Counted from the first letter of the stretch, positions 1-13,729 are shown. The stretch is DNA of 64,000 nt from Octopus vulgaris (GCA_951406725.2 OX597814.1:108748001-108812000), one strand, 5' to 3'. Program-made: numbers and translations. Notes: generated by a model not told the origin, from the sequence alone.

Positions 1-89
1 GCTGTCGGTATTTTTCTTTTCACATTTGTTTTGTAACCAACTGATCAACTGATTCCCCATATTTTCACATGCATTTATTGTATCCCAAT

Positions 90-512
90 AAGGCAGCAAG
101 CTGGCAGAAACATTAGAACGCCAAGTGAAATGCTTAGCGGTATTTCATCTGCCGCTATGTTCTGAGTTCAAATTCCGCCAAGGTCGACTTTGCCTTTCAT
201 CCTTTTGGGGTCGATTAAATAAGTACCAGTTACACACTGGGGTCGATATAATCGATTTAATCCATTTATCTGTCCTTGTTTGTCTTCTCTGTGTTTAGCC
301 CCTTGTGGGTCGTAAAGAAATAGAAACAGGTATTTCGTCTGCCGCAACGTTCTGAGTTCAATTTCCGCTGAGGTCGACTTTGCCTTTCATCCTTTTGTGG
401 TCGATTAAATAAGTACCAGTTACACACTGGGGTTGATATAATTGACTTAATTCCTTTGTCTGTCCTTGTTTGTCCCCTCTATGTTTAGCCCCCTGTAGGT
501 AATAAAGAAATA
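90..512 (+). mobile_element. tRNA-derived SINE (octopus OR/OK-type, Meta/Sauria-like core), dimeric body
   Basis: Head GGCAGCAAGCTGGCAGAAAC...GAGTTCAAATTCC and core GACTTTGCCTTTCATCCTTTTGGGGTCGATTAAATAAGTACCAG present twice; 17-bp TSD ATTTATTGTATCCCAAT at 73-89 and 513-529. Confidence 0.85.
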
Positions 513-1097
513 ATTTATTGTATCCCAATGAGGCACTGCCTGGATTAAGTTGTGGTTTTGGGGGTTGCAAGTCTATGGGCAGTGCGGTTCATAGTCCAGA
601 AATTATGGTACACGAATGTATGTCATTTTTCCCATGCTGATTATCCTGCATTTTATAGGGGACTGCGAATCATCGAAAAAAACTATAAGGGGATCGGTAT
701 CTAAAATCTTTTGAAAAGTTTGCAAACCACTGTTGTACTTGAACATTATTGTCATACAAGCAATGTTGCTCATTCCCTATCTTCTGTCAAGAGACCTGTC
801 TAGCCACGGAGAAACTATTACCCTATTTGGAAACAGGTGAGGGCTGATGACAGGAAGGGCATCCAGCCACAGAAAATCTGATTCAAATTCTATTTGACCC
901 ATACAAGAATGATAAAGTGGACATTAAATGATGATGATGATGATGATGATGATGTAGCAAGCAGTTGGGGTCAGGATGAGGCATTGGAGAAATAAGCCTC
1001 ATAGTAAAATAAATGGGCCCAACATAGTTAAAATTTGAGAAGTTTTGGTGGTCCACAAAGGTAGGATTTGGGGTTTGTGAACTAAATTCAAAATTTC

Positions 1098-1140
<43 letters not shown>

Positions 1141-1142
<2 letters not shown>

Positions 1143-1487
1143 ATCAAATTAAGCAACAGGATATCCAGAGGTAATGCAGTACAATCGTTTCAAGCAACAC
1201 CATTTAATTGAACAATGCAGTCATTTCATCAATTTAAATGCAGAGCAAGCTTCTAAGCTGAAGTGAAGACAGCATGTTCTTTGTCTATCTCCTTACCTTC
1301 TTGGAGATTTTAAGTAAAATTATACAAATGTGTTCGTCTGTTTTAATTTAATTAAATTCTGTCTTTATGCAGCTGAGGATTGCTCTGCATTTAAATTGAT
1401 GTAATGATTGCATTGTTCAATTGAATGGAGTCGCTTGAAACAATTGTACTGCATTACCTCTGGATATCCTTGTTGCATATTTTGATT
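1141..1487. repeat. Fold-back inverted repeat, Penelope pseudo-LTR-like
   Basis: 1141-1275 is an imperfect reverse complement of 1357-1487 (GGATATCCAGAGGTAATGCAGTACAAT / ATTGTACTGCATTACCTCTGGATATCC). Confidence 0.85.
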
Positions 1488-1725
1488 TTAATCACCTTAT
1501 TTTGAAACTGTATGGATAATACCGCATTAAATTCTGGTGCCTCATCTTAAGTACCTTATTCATCTGAATCTCTCTGCCTGTCTGTCTGTCTCTCTCTCTC
1601 TCTATATATATATACATACACACACATATATATGTATGTATAGAGTATTAGGTGTGATGTACAGAATTGAATATTAAGAAAAAAAGTCGTCAGAATTTTG
1701 GAAAAAAATCCTTTCATTTCTTCAT

Positions 1726-1768
1726 TATTATTAGCGCTTTCATTCCTCTCTAGAACTTGTCAAATACA
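1726..1768 (-). ncRNA. Minimal hammerhead-like motif (U3-A8 core)
   Basis: Minus strand TTGACAA-GTTC tagagag GAAT-GAAA-GCGC-TA; palindromic stem III AGCGCT; stem I weak. Confidence 0.45.
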
Positions 1769-1884
1769 ATTTTGTGAAAGTACAAACAACTTGTTCATTC
1801 ATATAAAACAGATGTTTTTTGGGGGTTTTGTTTAGAAGAGAACTTTGTTTTTGTTTATTTTGGGTGAGGTTCCATAGAAATATA

Positions 1885-1939
1885 GGTAGGTAGGTAGATA
1901 GGCTGATAGACAGACAGACAGACAGACAGATAGATAGAC

Positions 1940-2008
<69 letters not shown>

Positions 2009-2040
2009 CATTGAGAGATAAAGAGATAGATAGTCAGATG
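1885..2040 (+). repeat. (GATA)n/(GACA)n microsatellite
   Basis: Direct reading. Confidence 0.95.
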
Positions 2041-2128
2041 GGTAGAGGATAAGAGAGAGAAGGGGTATCCACCTTCCTATTCACCATTTATTTATTTAAT
2101 TACATATATATATATACACACATATAAA

Positions 2129-2312
2129 GTCACCATGATAGATCATTAGCCACTCCACACATTTTTTTTCTCTCCTTGTTTTTGTGTCCCTTTCTGTAGA
2201 AGAGCATAGGCTCGAAACGTAAAAGACTTTTTCTATTCCTGAGCATTATACTAATACATCTGTTTGTTTTGTACACCACCTGTCTTCGTCTTTTGTTTTT
2301 TTCGTAAACTCT

Positions 2313-2316
<4 letters not shown>
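2129..2316 (+). mobile_element. Penelope-derived non-autonomous fragment with degenerate hammerhead motif
   Basis: TAGAAGA-GC ATAG GCTC-GAAAC-GTA at about 2197-2221; lies between (TA)n tracts. Confidence 0.5.
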
Positions 2317-2347
<31 letters not shown>

Positions 2348-2729
2348 TAAGGATAAGCCTATTAAAAAGGGTCCGTGAGAAAACTTGTCTAAATAAAAGG
2401 GGCCCTTGGCAGTGAAAAGTTTGGGAACCACTGGTATAAACTATCAAAGATTGTTTACTTGGCTAACATCATCATCATTGTCATCATTTCATGTCTGTTT
2501 TCCATTCTGGCATGGGTTAGATGGTTTGAGTGGAACTGGTAAGCCAGAGACCTGCATCAGGCTCCACTCTGCTATGGTTTAGTTTCTATGGCTGGATGCC
2601 CTTCTTAATGCCCACCACTCCACAGAGTGTACTGGGTGCACTTGACATGTCACCAGCACAGATAATATTTCTCACCTGAAGAGTAAAACCTTAAAACTTC
2701 TTATTTTATTCTCTTTGGTTTAAATCCGA

Positions 2730-3130
2730 CCAGCTCCTACCAGTTTGTGTCAGTCACTGTCGAGGTCCCAGGTGTTCTTGGACCCTCCACTGCTGATTTC
2801 TTCCATAAAATCGGAATAAATGTAGCCCACCTGAGAAATGAGCCTCACATTGTGGGGGTGACTGCCGCAGCAAGTGTTGTTGGCCATTCTCCACAGCAAC
2901 ACCTTTACAATTATGTCTGCAAGGCACAGCTAAACACCATTTTTTTCAGGGGTGTACCATCCATTACTCCTTCTCCCCCACCATCTTCTGCTGCTCTTAA
3001 TTCTACCCCTTTTTTTCTCGTTTTCTTTGCTACCTAGGTGGGGTACTTTGAGGGTTTTTCCTCAATAATTTCATCTTTTACTCTTCTGAAGTGCTGTCTT
3101 TTTTGCTTCCTGTACAAATATATATTATTT
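2730..3130 (+). mobile_element. CRE-clade non-LTR retrotransposon 3' fragment
   Basis: YQFVSVTVEVPGVLGPSTADFFHKIG resembles the end of the CRE restriction-like endonuclease; similar to FQPVVLETFGGAGP in the 37025-37369 ORF. Confidence 0.6.
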
Positions 3131-3181
3131 ACATTATTTACATTTGATCTTATTTATTAGGAATTGTATAAAAGGACAATT

Positions 3182-3627
3182 CAGTTCTATATTTAAGAAA
3201 TGAGGAATTATGTACATTACTTACATTATTTACATTATTTACATTTGATAGATATTTGTCCTCATCTTGTTTGTTGTTAACACGTTTTGGCTGATATACC
3301 CTCCAGCCTTCATCAGGTGTCTTGAGGAAATTTCGAACCTGGGTTCTCATTCCTAAGATATTTTTCGATGTTATTATTATTATTATTATTACTATTATTC
3401 TGGAATCGAACTCAGAATCTTGGAGTTAGTACCCCGCACTCTTAACCACTGCGCCATATGTCCATGTCATATATAATAACATTGAAAAATACCTTAGGAA
3501 TGAGAACCCAGGTTCGAAATTTCCCCAAGACACCTGATGAAGCCGAAATGTTGTGTTAACAACAAACAAGATGAGGACAAATATCCGTCAAATGTAAATA
3601 ATTCCTCATCTCTTAAATATAGAACTG
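3182..3627. mobile_element. Composite element: tRNA-like head (minus strand), (TAA)n and hammerhead-bearing tail, with an inverted second tail
   Basis: Arms about 3182-3372 and 3478-3627 are reverse complements; minus-strand head GGCGCAGTGGTTAAGAG...GAGTTCGATTCC at about 3400-3458; GACACCTGATGAAGGCTG...CAGCC motif. Confidence 0.8.
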
Positions 3628-3819
3628 TATTAGTTGTAAAAATATGTTAAAATACTTTTCAATAAAAAAAAAACAAACAGAAAAAAAAAATTAATTAAGT
3701 GTAATGAATATAAGAGGTGGGGTGGGGGAGGAGGGTCAAAAGACTTTTTTTTTTAGATGTTGGGTTTTTTTTTGGTTTGAAAATGTGAACTGATGCAAAC
3801 TAACAACCAGTGACGGGGA

Positions 3820-4478
3820 GATGCATTAATGTGCAACAGTAACAACAATAGCAGCAGCAACAGCAGCAGCAATGACAGCCACAATAGTAAGAGAAGGAGC
3901 TGCAGCAACAGCGACAAGAGCAAGAACAACTACTGCAGCAGCAACAACCACAAATGATAACACTAATGGCCATTGCAACAACAACGATAGCCACTGCCAC
4001 CGCCACTGCCACCGCCACTGCCACCGCCACCACCACTAGTACTACTACTACTACTTAAACTACTACTACTACTACTACTACTACTTAAACTACTACTACT
4101 ACTACTACAGTGGTAGCAGTAAAAAAATCAGTAATTAGTGATTTTCGGATGATATTCAGGTGAGAATTACACTAACCAACAGTAGTATATTTTGTAGTGG
4201 TAACGGTGGTGGTGGTGGTGGTGGTGGTAGTAGTGGTGGTGTCGCGGTGTCGGTGGTGGTGGAGGCGGCGGTGGTGTTAGTAGTGGTGGTGGTAGTAGTG
4301 GTGGTGGTAGTAGTGGTGGTGGTAGTAGTGGTGATGGTGATGCTGGTGGTGGGGGGTAGTAGAAGTAGTGGTGGTGGTGGTGGTGGTAGTAGTAGTGGTG
4401 TTGGTGATGTTGGTGGTGGTAGTGGTGGTGGTGCTAGTAGAAGTGGTAATGGTGGTTGTGGTAGTAGTAGTGGTGTTG

Positions 4479-4510
<32 letters not shown>

Positions 4511-5166
4511 AGTAGCAGTAGTAGTTGTAGTAGCAGCAGCAGTAGCAATAGTAGTAGCAACAAGAACAGCTGCAGAAGTGATAGCAGCTGCGGCAGCAGC
4601 AGCAACAATAACGTGAATGTAACAGTGGTGGCGGCGGCATAATGGTAATGGTGATGGTGATGGTGGTAGTAGTGGTGGTGGGTGTGGGAGTGACCAGAAT
4701 GGTGGGGGTGATGGTGGTCATTGTAGTGAAGGTGATGGTGGGGGAGGGGCTGATTGTAGTAGTGGGGTGGAGGTAGTAGTGTTGTTGTTGTTAGTGTTGG
4801 TGGTGATTGTGAAGGTGGAGGTGGGAGTGTTGGTATTAGCTGTGGTGTTTAGCCCTTGGTCGACCCTGATCAAGCACACCTATGATCGAAAGCATGCCAC
4901 TAATGGATGTTTAAAATTTTTTTCTTTTCTCTTCTTCCTTCCTTCCTTTCTTTGTTTTTTAGTCAGGCATTGTGTATCTAGGAGTATATTTATCTAATAC
5001 AGTTTCAACATGTCTCTGTTTGGTTGTTATTATAATGGTAAGGTGGGATTAAAATGAGATTTGGCTGCTTTTTCTAGTCAATCAATCACATGGAAGACCT
5101 CAGTGGTGTAGAGTTGCAGTGAGAAGTAGCAGCAACATGGAGTATAGGGAAGTAGTGTCAGGAATA

Positions 5167-5197
<31 letters not shown>

Positions 5198-5220
5198 TTA
5201 GTAGTAGTAGTAGCAGCAGC

Positions 5221-5277
<57 letters not shown>

Positions 5278-5315
5278 GGTGGTGGTGGTGGTGGTGGTAG
5301 CAGCAGCAGCAGCAG
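3820..5315. repeat. Compound triplet low-complexity region (CAG/CAA, CAC/TAC, GTG/GTA)
   Basis: Direct reading; source of the poly-V/G/S/T ORFs. Confidence 0.95.
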
Positions 5316-5319
5316 TTTA

Positions 5320-5620
5320 GAATGCAAGTAGGAGTGCACCAGTGCTCACTTCTCAGTTATATTCTGCTCCAGGCCATAACAAAGCAGTTTAAGACTGGGG
5401 GCCCATGGGAACTCCTGCCTGCAGACGATCTTGTTCTTGTAGCTGAATCTGTAGCAGAATTATGGGAGGAATTTCAGGCGAAGAAACAAGGCCTGGAATT
5501 AAAGAGCCTCAAAATTAACAAAGTTCTTTGTAAGCAGAAAAACAGACAGACCATTAATCTTTCCAGGACAATGGCCCAACTCGATATGTAGAAAAAGTAT
5601 AGGTAGAAATTCCATACCTC
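5320..5620 (+). mobile_element. Degenerate RTE LINE reverse transcriptase fragment
   Basis: VGVHQ...LQAITKQFKTGGPWELLPADDLVLVAES parallels 45943-46250. Confidence 0.8.
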
Positions 5621-6512
5621 TTGTGGTTCTTACTGACAAATTTTCTCTTTCCTCACTTTCGCTGAATTGATGTGAGTAGCCATGCTGATCCCTCTACAAG
5701 AACCTGCTCTTCTCCCATCCTCCCCACACTTGTTATAGTAATCCCTTGTTCCCTACCATGAATCTGACACCCCCACTATCCCAAGGGTTGGTAGGCCTAT
5801 GAACTGCATGGCAAGCTCAATAGTGCTGACATTAAGAAGGGCATCAGGCCATAAAAACCTTGGCCAAAGCAGACACCGGACCATGATGCAGGCCTTGGAC
5901 ACAACGGATCCTATTGAAACATCCAACCCTTGGGATAGTGGGGGTGCCAGCATGGAACGTGGACATTAAATAATGTTGATGATCCTGGTACACACACACA
6001 CATACATGTATAGTCTGGTTGTTTGATCAACCTACTCATTGATCAACCTATCACAAACTGGTTGAGTATTCCAAAGAACATATGTATTTTTAATGTAATT
6101 CTAGCTCAAGTGTCTTCTACTATTGCCTCAGGCCAACCAATGCCTTGTGACTGGATTTCGTAGACAGAAACTGAAAGAAGCCTGTCATATATATATATAT
6201 GTGCCGGTGGCACGTAAAAAGCACCATCCATTCGTGGCCGTTGCCAGCCTCGCCTGGCCTCTGTGCCAGTGGCACGTAAAAAGCACCATCCGTCTGTGGC
6301 CGTCTGCCAGCTCCGTCTGGCACCTGTGCGGGTGGCACGTAAAAAGCACCCACTACACTCATGGAGTGGTTGGCGTTAGGAAGGGCATCCAGCCGTAGAA
6401 ACACTGCCAGATCAGACTGGGCCTGAAGCAGCCTTCTGGCTTCACAGACCCCAGTTGAACCCATGCTAGCATGGAGGGCAGACGTTAAATGATGATGATG
6501 ATGATGATGATG

Positions 6513-6552
<40 letters not shown>

Positions 6553-6774
6553 ATATGTTTGTATGTCTGCGTTTGTCCCCCCAACATCGCTTGACAACCA
6601 ATGCTGGTGCGTTTACATACCCATAACTTAGCGGTTCGGCAAAAGAGACCAATAGAATAAGTACTAGGCTTACAAAGAATAAGTCCTGGTGTCAATTTGC
6701 CTCGACTAAAGGTGGTGCTCCAGCATGGCCGCAGTCAAATGTCTGAAATAAGTAAAAGAGTAAAGGAGTATGTA

Positions 6775-6833
<59 letters not shown>

Positions 6834-7200
6834 ATATAAAACGGCCACTCCTGTTGATTTTGATGTATGAGTGTTTGAAGGAAAGGATTTAAAAATTTAA
6901 AATGCAAAAGAGAAAAAAACAACTTCAAAATAAAAGAAAATGCATCTGTTTGTGGTGGATGTATTCTTTTATTTTCTTTTATTCTTTTACTTGTCTCAGT
7001 CATCTGACTGTGGCCATGCTGGAGCACTGCCTTTAGACAAGCAAATCAACCCCAGGACTTATTCTTTGTAAGCCTAGTACTTATTCTATAAGTCTCTTTT
7101 GCCGAACCACCAAGTTACAGGGACGTAAACACACCAGCATCAGTTGTCAAGCAATAGTAGGGAGACAAACACCGACACACAAACATATTCACACACATAA

Positions 7201-7231
<31 letters not shown>

Positions 7232-7232
7232 G

Positions 7233-7572
7233 TGTGGAGGCGCATGGCTCAGTGGTTAGAGTGTCGAGCTTACGATCGTGAGGTTGTGAGCTCGAATCCC
7301 GGACCGGGCTGCGTGTTGTGTTCTTGAGAAAGACACTTTATTTCACGTTGCTCCAGTTCACTCAGCTGTAGAAATGAGTTGCGACGTCACAGGTGCCAAG
7401 CTGTATCGACCTTTGTCTTTCCCTTGGATAACACTGGTGGCGTGGAGAGGGGAGGCCGGTATGCATGGGCGACTACTGGTCTTCCATAAAACAACCTTGC
7501 CCAGACTTGTGCCTCAGAGGGTAACTCTCTAGGTGCAAAGTCATGGTCACTCATGACCGAAGGGGGTCTTAA
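7233..7572 (+). mobile_element. tRNA-derived SINE (CORE/V-like domain), near full length
   Basis: A box TGGCTCAGTGG, B box GCTCGAATCC, GTGTTCTTGAGAAAGACACTT; TSD ATTAGAAG at 7225-7232 and 7573-7580; related pieces near 27960, 32460 and 61980. Confidence 0.85.
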
Positions 7573-7767
7573 ATTAGAAGAAATGAGGTAATCAGAAGAT
7601 CGGATGGTTTGTATTTACAGATATTTATTTATTTATATATTACATTTTTTACATATATATCATATCACTTATATATATGATATATATGTAAAAAATGTAA
7701 TATATAAATAAATAAATATCTGTAAATACAAACCATCCGATCTTCTGATTACCTCATTTCTTCTAAT
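7573..7767. repeat. Near-perfect palindrome, about 90-bp arms
   Basis: ATTAGAAGAAATGAGGTAATCAGAAGATCGGATGG... mirrored by ...CCATCCGATCTTCTGATTACCTCATTTCTTCTAAT. Confidence 0.95.
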
Positions 7768-7827
7768 ACCTGTACATCATCTCCAAACCTTCCAATATAT
7801 ATATATATATATATATACATATATATA

Positions 7828-8180
7828 TTCCGGGTTCAGTCCCACTGCATGGCACCTTGGGCAATTGTCTTCTTCTATAGCCTCGGGCTGACCAAGCCTT
7901 GTGAGTGGATTTGGTAGACAGAAACTGAAAGAAGCCCGTTGTATATATATCTATAAATATGTATGTGCGTATATATGTTTGTGTGTCTGTGTTTGTCCCC
8001 CCAACATCACTTGATAATCGATGCTGATGTGTTTACGTCACCGTAACTTAGCAGTTCGGCAAAAGAGACCAATAGAATAAGTACTAAACTTACTCAAAAT
8101 AAGTCCGGGGGTTGATTTGCTCGACTAAAGGTGGTGCTCCAGTGTGGCTGCAGTCAAAATGACTGAAACAAGTAAAAGAA
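7828..8180 (+). mobile_element. tRNA-derived SINE with internal (TA)n (octopus OR/OK-type), 5' truncated
   Basis: GGTTCAGTCCCACTGCATGGCACCTTGGGCAA...GACTGAAACAAGTAAAAGA; other copies near 6105-6770, 6965-7200, 40713-41104 and 62980-63385. Confidence 0.8.
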
Positions 8181-8696
8181 TATATATACATATACGACGG
8201 GCTTCTTCCAGCTTCTGTCTACCAAATCCACTCACAAGGTTATGGTAGGCCTGAGGCGTGCCCAAGGTGCCATGCAGTGGGACTGAACCCAGGACCAGCC
8301 ACTCCTGCGCCTGAGTCCAGTGATGGATTTTGCTATGAAGTCACATTAAGGCCACTGACGGTTTTGACTATGCTTCGGATTGGCCAAAAATGTCTGTGAT
8401 ATATATTTATTAATATCTAGAAGTAACAAATGCAAAAAAACTCTTGGCCCTTGAGCCACTCTGTTACTTCTTCTAAATATTGATTTCAAATTTTGTCACA
8501 AGGCCAGCAATTTGGGGAAATGGGGGGGGGGGCTTGTCAACTGCATTGACCCCAGTGCTCCACTGGTATTCTTTTATTGATCCTGAAAGGATGAAAGGCA
8601 AAGTTGACCTTGGCAGAGTTGGAACTAAGAATATAAAGACAGATGAAGTAATGCTAATCATTTGGGTCAGCATGCTACAATCCTGCTAGCACACTG

Positions 8697-8762
<66 letters not shown>

Positions 8763-9225
8763 CATCTTCATCATCATCATCATCGTTTAACATCCGCTTT
8801 CTATGTTAGCATGGATTAGATGATTTGCCTGAGGGCTGGCAAGCCAGAAGGCTGCACCAGGCCCAGTCTGATCTGGCAGAGTTTCTACAGCTGGATGCCC
8901 TTCCTAATGCCAACCACTCCAAGAGTGTAGTGGGTGCTTTTACATGCCACCAGCACGGGGGCTAGTCAAGCAGTACTGGCAATGGCCACACTCAAATGGT
9001 GTTTTTTACGTGCCACTTGCACAGGACCCAGTCCAGCAGCACTGGCAACAACCTCGCTCCAATGTTTTTTCAGGTGCCACCGGCACAAGTGCCAGTAAGG
9101 TGACGCTGGTAATGATCACACTCGAATGTTGCTTTTACGTGCCACCGGCACAGAAGCCAGTCAGCTGCTCTGGCAACGATCACACTCGGATGGTGCTCTT
9201 AACACTCCTCTGGCACTGGTGCCAA

Positions 9226-9789
9226 AGTTATAGAATGAAGTTCAACAAATTCAATCATATTTTTCGTAAATGGAGATTTGATGTTAATATGGAATGAATT
9301 ATTTTTTATTCAATTCACTAGACGATCGTTTTGTATAGAAAGACAATAAGTTCATTTTAAGAATCTGAGTTGTCAAAGAGTACCCCTCAGTAGCAGAATA
9401 AGAAAAACTATGAACTTAATAAAGAAAAAGGTAGACTTAAGAATTACATGGGTCTGGTGTTCTTGCTTATTTTTAATGTGCAGTTGTTTTAGGAGTCATG
9501 TCTGTTTAGTTGTTTTAAACAGACATGACTCCTAGAACAATTATACATTAAAAATTAGCAAAAACACCAGACCCATGTAATTCTTAAGTCTACCTTTTTC
9601 TTTATTAAGTTCTTATTTAGTCTTATTGTACTCTTTGACAACTCAGATTCTTAAAAGGAATTTATTGTCTTTCTGTATGAAACGATCTTCAAGGGAATTG
9701 AATAAAAAATAATTCAATGCATATTAACATCAAATCTCCTCCATTTATGTAAAATATGATCGAATTTCTTGAACTTTGTGTTATAACTT
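9226..9789. repeat. Long palindrome, about 280-bp arms
   Basis: Centre AGGAGTCATGTCTGTTTA / TAAACAGACATGACTCCT; arms align with small indels. Confidence 0.95.
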
Positions 9790-10097
9790 AAATCATATAC
9801 CTAGCATACTTATATAACCTTTCATATCTACACCAGTTTGCACCAGTAAATCCAAAGTAAGGTATGAAGAATCAACGTTAGAAATCTTTTGGAAATTACT
9901 CCAATTAAAGGACAAATCCTTGTTGAACCCCTTTTTATAATATATATATGCTAACTTATATTGTATATATATATATAAAAGAAGAAAAAGAAAATGGAGA
10001 TTGGGAAGTCGATAATTATTTATTATTAACAGCAAATTTATTGGCTAAACTGGCAATATGACCATTCCGAAATATAACAATAGCAAATTAATCATCA

Positions 10098-10183
10098 TCC
10101 CTTACAGCTGTTTCAATTAATACTCAGTAAATGTTAAGTAAATGTTAAATTTATATGACCTGAGAATAATATCTTCACAGGGA
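10098..10183 (-). ncRNA. Degenerate type I hammerhead motif with long stem II
   Basis: TCCCT-GTGAAGA-TATTATTCTCAG..CTGAGTATTAATT-GAAACAGCTGTA-AGGGA; stem I is perfect but core position 3 is mutated. Confidence 0.55.
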
Positions 10184-10225
10184 AAAAAATATACCCTTGG
10201 ATGTTTTATATGTGTTTATGGATTC

Positions 10226-10266
<41 letters not shown>

Positions 10267-10483
10267 TGTGTGTGTGTGTATGTGTGTGTGTGTAAATATA
10301 AATATATATATATACATATACACATACATATATGCATACATACATATATATACACATACACACACACATATATATACATATATACATACGTACATATATA
10401 CACATAGACATACATACATATATGCATATATATATATATACATATATATATACATATACACATATATATACATATATATATAC

Positions 10484-10526
<43 letters not shown>

Positions 10527-12637
10527 AAGCACCATTCAAGTATAATTGTTGCCAGAACCACCTTACTGGCACATGAAACATCAATATTCGAGCGTGGTCG
10601 TTGCCAGTGCTGCCTAACTGGCTCCTGTGCAGGTAGCAAGTAAAAACACCATTTGAGCATGGTTGTTGCCAGAACTGTCTGACTGGCACGTAAAAAGCAC
10701 CCACTACACTCTCGGAGTGGTTGGCATTAGGAAGGGCATCCAGCTGTAGAAACCTTGCCAGATCAGATTGGAGCCTAGTGCAGCCTTCTGGCTTGCCAGT
10801 CCTCAGTCAAACCGTCAAACCCATGCTAGCATGGAAAGCAGACATTAAACGACGACGATGATGATGATATATATATATATATATAATTAATCTAAAGGAT
10901 TATTCCATACTTATGTAGAGAACAAATTCATTATTTTTTAATAAGAATAGTATTGACAGGGACTTCGAAGTTTTAGCCAGCTAAGCCGTAATCATAGTTG
11001 TAGTATTAAAGCAGTAGTCACCAGCATAGAATGTATTAATGGTTAAAACGGACAAAGTTGCCATTGTTGTACATGACATAAAAGAGATCTCAGTGCAAAT
11101 AAACATAGGTATAAGACGAGATCAATATTTTTTTTTATTTCTAAATATTTGCTTTTTAGAATTGATCGAATATTTTTCTCTGGACATAATTGTGAATAAT
11201 GAAATAGTTGTAATTAGTATTTCCAGCATGTAAAATGTTGATAGCTAACAGATTAACACAAGTAGGTCATTATAGTGTTGTAATGTTACAGGATATGAGG
11301 ATATTAGGCAGTCAGAATGTAGCTTCTGTGTGTGTGTGTGTTTGTTACTATTGGCCATATTGTTAGTCTATCTGAAACCTGTTGATTTAGCCAGATAGCT
11401 TTCAAACCAAATCCACTTTAATCTGTATTGTCTGCAATTGCCTGAAAATTTTGAACTGATCATGTTGGATTGTCTCCCTTACTTGTGATTTTAGAATTTA
11501 AGAACTCCAAGAGATAAATTTTATCTATTCATTGCTTGGATATTCTCATCTGGTCAAAGTTTTTCATCTCCATTAAATAACATAAATGAGATTTTACAGT
11601 ATATATATTTAACCCTTTTCATACCAACCCACCTGAGATTGCCCCCAGTTCTATGTTAGGAAAACTTCTGGGTTTTAAATTGATCTAAATTAAAACCACC
11701 CATCAATATTTCAGATTCATTTACATTCCAAACACCAGCTTAATAATAATAACAGGAGTATTTTACTAAATTCTTCATTATTTTTAAAATTAATTGAACC
11801 AAACGTAGTGTATACCCTCAACTGCTGTATGTATGTTTAACATATCCTGAGCAACTGTATGTATGATAATGTATAAATATCCTGAGCTGCATCACCAGCC
11901 AGGTTGCATAGCCAATGTTGACATATACAGAGTAGTGAGACAAGACATGTTATTTAATTAAAACTATATCTGTAATGAGAGGAGAGAATCATTAACTTGA
12001 TTGTTAATTATGATCAATAAAGGCATGGCTATGTGGTTAAGAAGTTTGCTCCCCAACCACATGCTTCTGGGTTCAGTCCTACCATGTGGCACCTTGGATG
12101 GACAAGTCTCTTCTACTATATCCACCATCTAACCAAAGCCTTGTGAGTGGATTTGGTAGATGGAAATTGAAAGAAGCCCATTGTATATATGATTAATAGT
12201 TAAGTATCTTCAGAAGGAATACATATATCTTTAAACGATATTCCAAAATATGAAATATATGAATTATTTATATATAAACAGATTTATACAACAAGATGGA
12301 ATCTTTTAATATAAATTCTATACACTAATACAGTTCCACATGTTCATTCCTCTTAAGGAAAAACTTTGCTACATGATAGCATATGGTGGCTGATAACAGT
12401 ATAAAAGCTTTTAAGTGCACATTACGAGATTATTACCCAGATAGTATAGAATATATATATAAGGTGGTGAGCTGGCAGAGACATTGGCATGCCGGTATTT
12501 TGTCTGTCTTTATGTTCTGAGTTCAAATTCTGCTGCGGTCAACTTTACCTTTCATCCTCTTGGGGTCAATAAATTAAGTACCAGTTGCATACTGAGATTG
12601 ATCTAAGAATATTGAATACATGATATATATATATATA

Positions 12638-13143
12638 CTAGCAGCATAGCCCGGCATTGCCCGGGTATGTAAGAGCCCCTGGAGCAGACATGATGCTCGC
12701 TGTGAATTTTTTAAAAAATCCTGCCAATTTGAGAAAGATATTGTCGAAAATATGTCATCTTGAATTTGAGCGCGATTTCCCAAAATGGCATGATTTTATC
12801 GATTTTTTCTGACGGCAAGGTATTGCATGGAAAACTAACCTCAGAATTAAGTTTCTTAGGGTAACATTAACCATGAGTTTGGTGAAATCGATTGCAAGTT
12901 GCGAAAACTACAACAGAAAATGTGTTGCAAATAAAAAGCTTAGATTCTCGACCCCATGTTGAATTTATCGATTTTTTCAGAACTGGGGGAACTTTTCAAA
13001 ATTTTCGCTGCATTAGTTTTGAATTATGACATTGGGCTATGTGTGTGTCAAGTTTCATTAGAATCGGTTGAAAGCCGTGGTCAGGGTGAGGGTACAACCT
13101 GACAGACACACAGACACACAGACAGACAAACTGCCGTTTATAT

Positions 13144-13146
<3 letters not shown>
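12638..13146 (-). mobile_element. Non-autonomous Helitron
   Basis: Minus strand starts TC, ends with hairpin CCCGGGCAATGCCGGG and CTAG; inserted in an AT site. Confidence 0.8.
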
Positions 13147-13187
<41 letters not shown>

Positions 13188-13236
13188 GTATATATATATA
13201 TATGTATGTATGTATGTATATATATATATATATATA

Positions 13237-13613
13237 CTAGCAGTATCGCCCGGCGTTGCTCAGGTTTGTAAAGGAAATAACTATAAAGCATTTTTAGAGA
13301 GTTATAGCCAAAAAACAGCAAAAAAATGGAAAAAAACATGGTAAATATTTTTGAGAGTAAAAAAAGTTGGAGTTGCGTCCCCTAGATAGTTTTTGGTTTG
13401 TGTTTCTGATTCTCGACCCCATGTCGAATTTATCGATTTTTTTCAGAACTGGGGGAACTTTTCAAAATTTTCGCTGCGTTAGTTTTGAATTATGACATTG
13501 GGCTATGTGTGTGTCAAGTTTCATCAGAATCGGTTGAAAGCCGTGGTGAAGGTGAGGGTACAAGCAAACAGACACACAGAAACACGCACAGACAAACTGC
13601 CGTTTATATATAG

Positions 13614-13618
<5 letters not shown>
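13237..13618 (-). mobile_element. Non-autonomous Helitron
   Basis: Same TC...hairpin-CTAG architecture; 5' ~200 bp shared with the previous copy. Confidence 0.8.
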
Positions 13619-13676
<58 letters not shown>

Positions 13677-13677
13677 C

Positions 13678-13728
<51 letters not shown>

Positions 13729-13729
<1 letters not shown>

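Noticed and set aside
3800-5339. Poly-G/S/V/T/P ORFs resembling structural or mucin-like proteins
   Set aside because: They are triplet microsatellites open in several frames on both strands, with no splice or domain evidence.
7233-7310. Possible tRNA gene
   Set aside because: There is no acceptor stem or poly-T terminator, and it continues into a SINE body bounded by a TSD.
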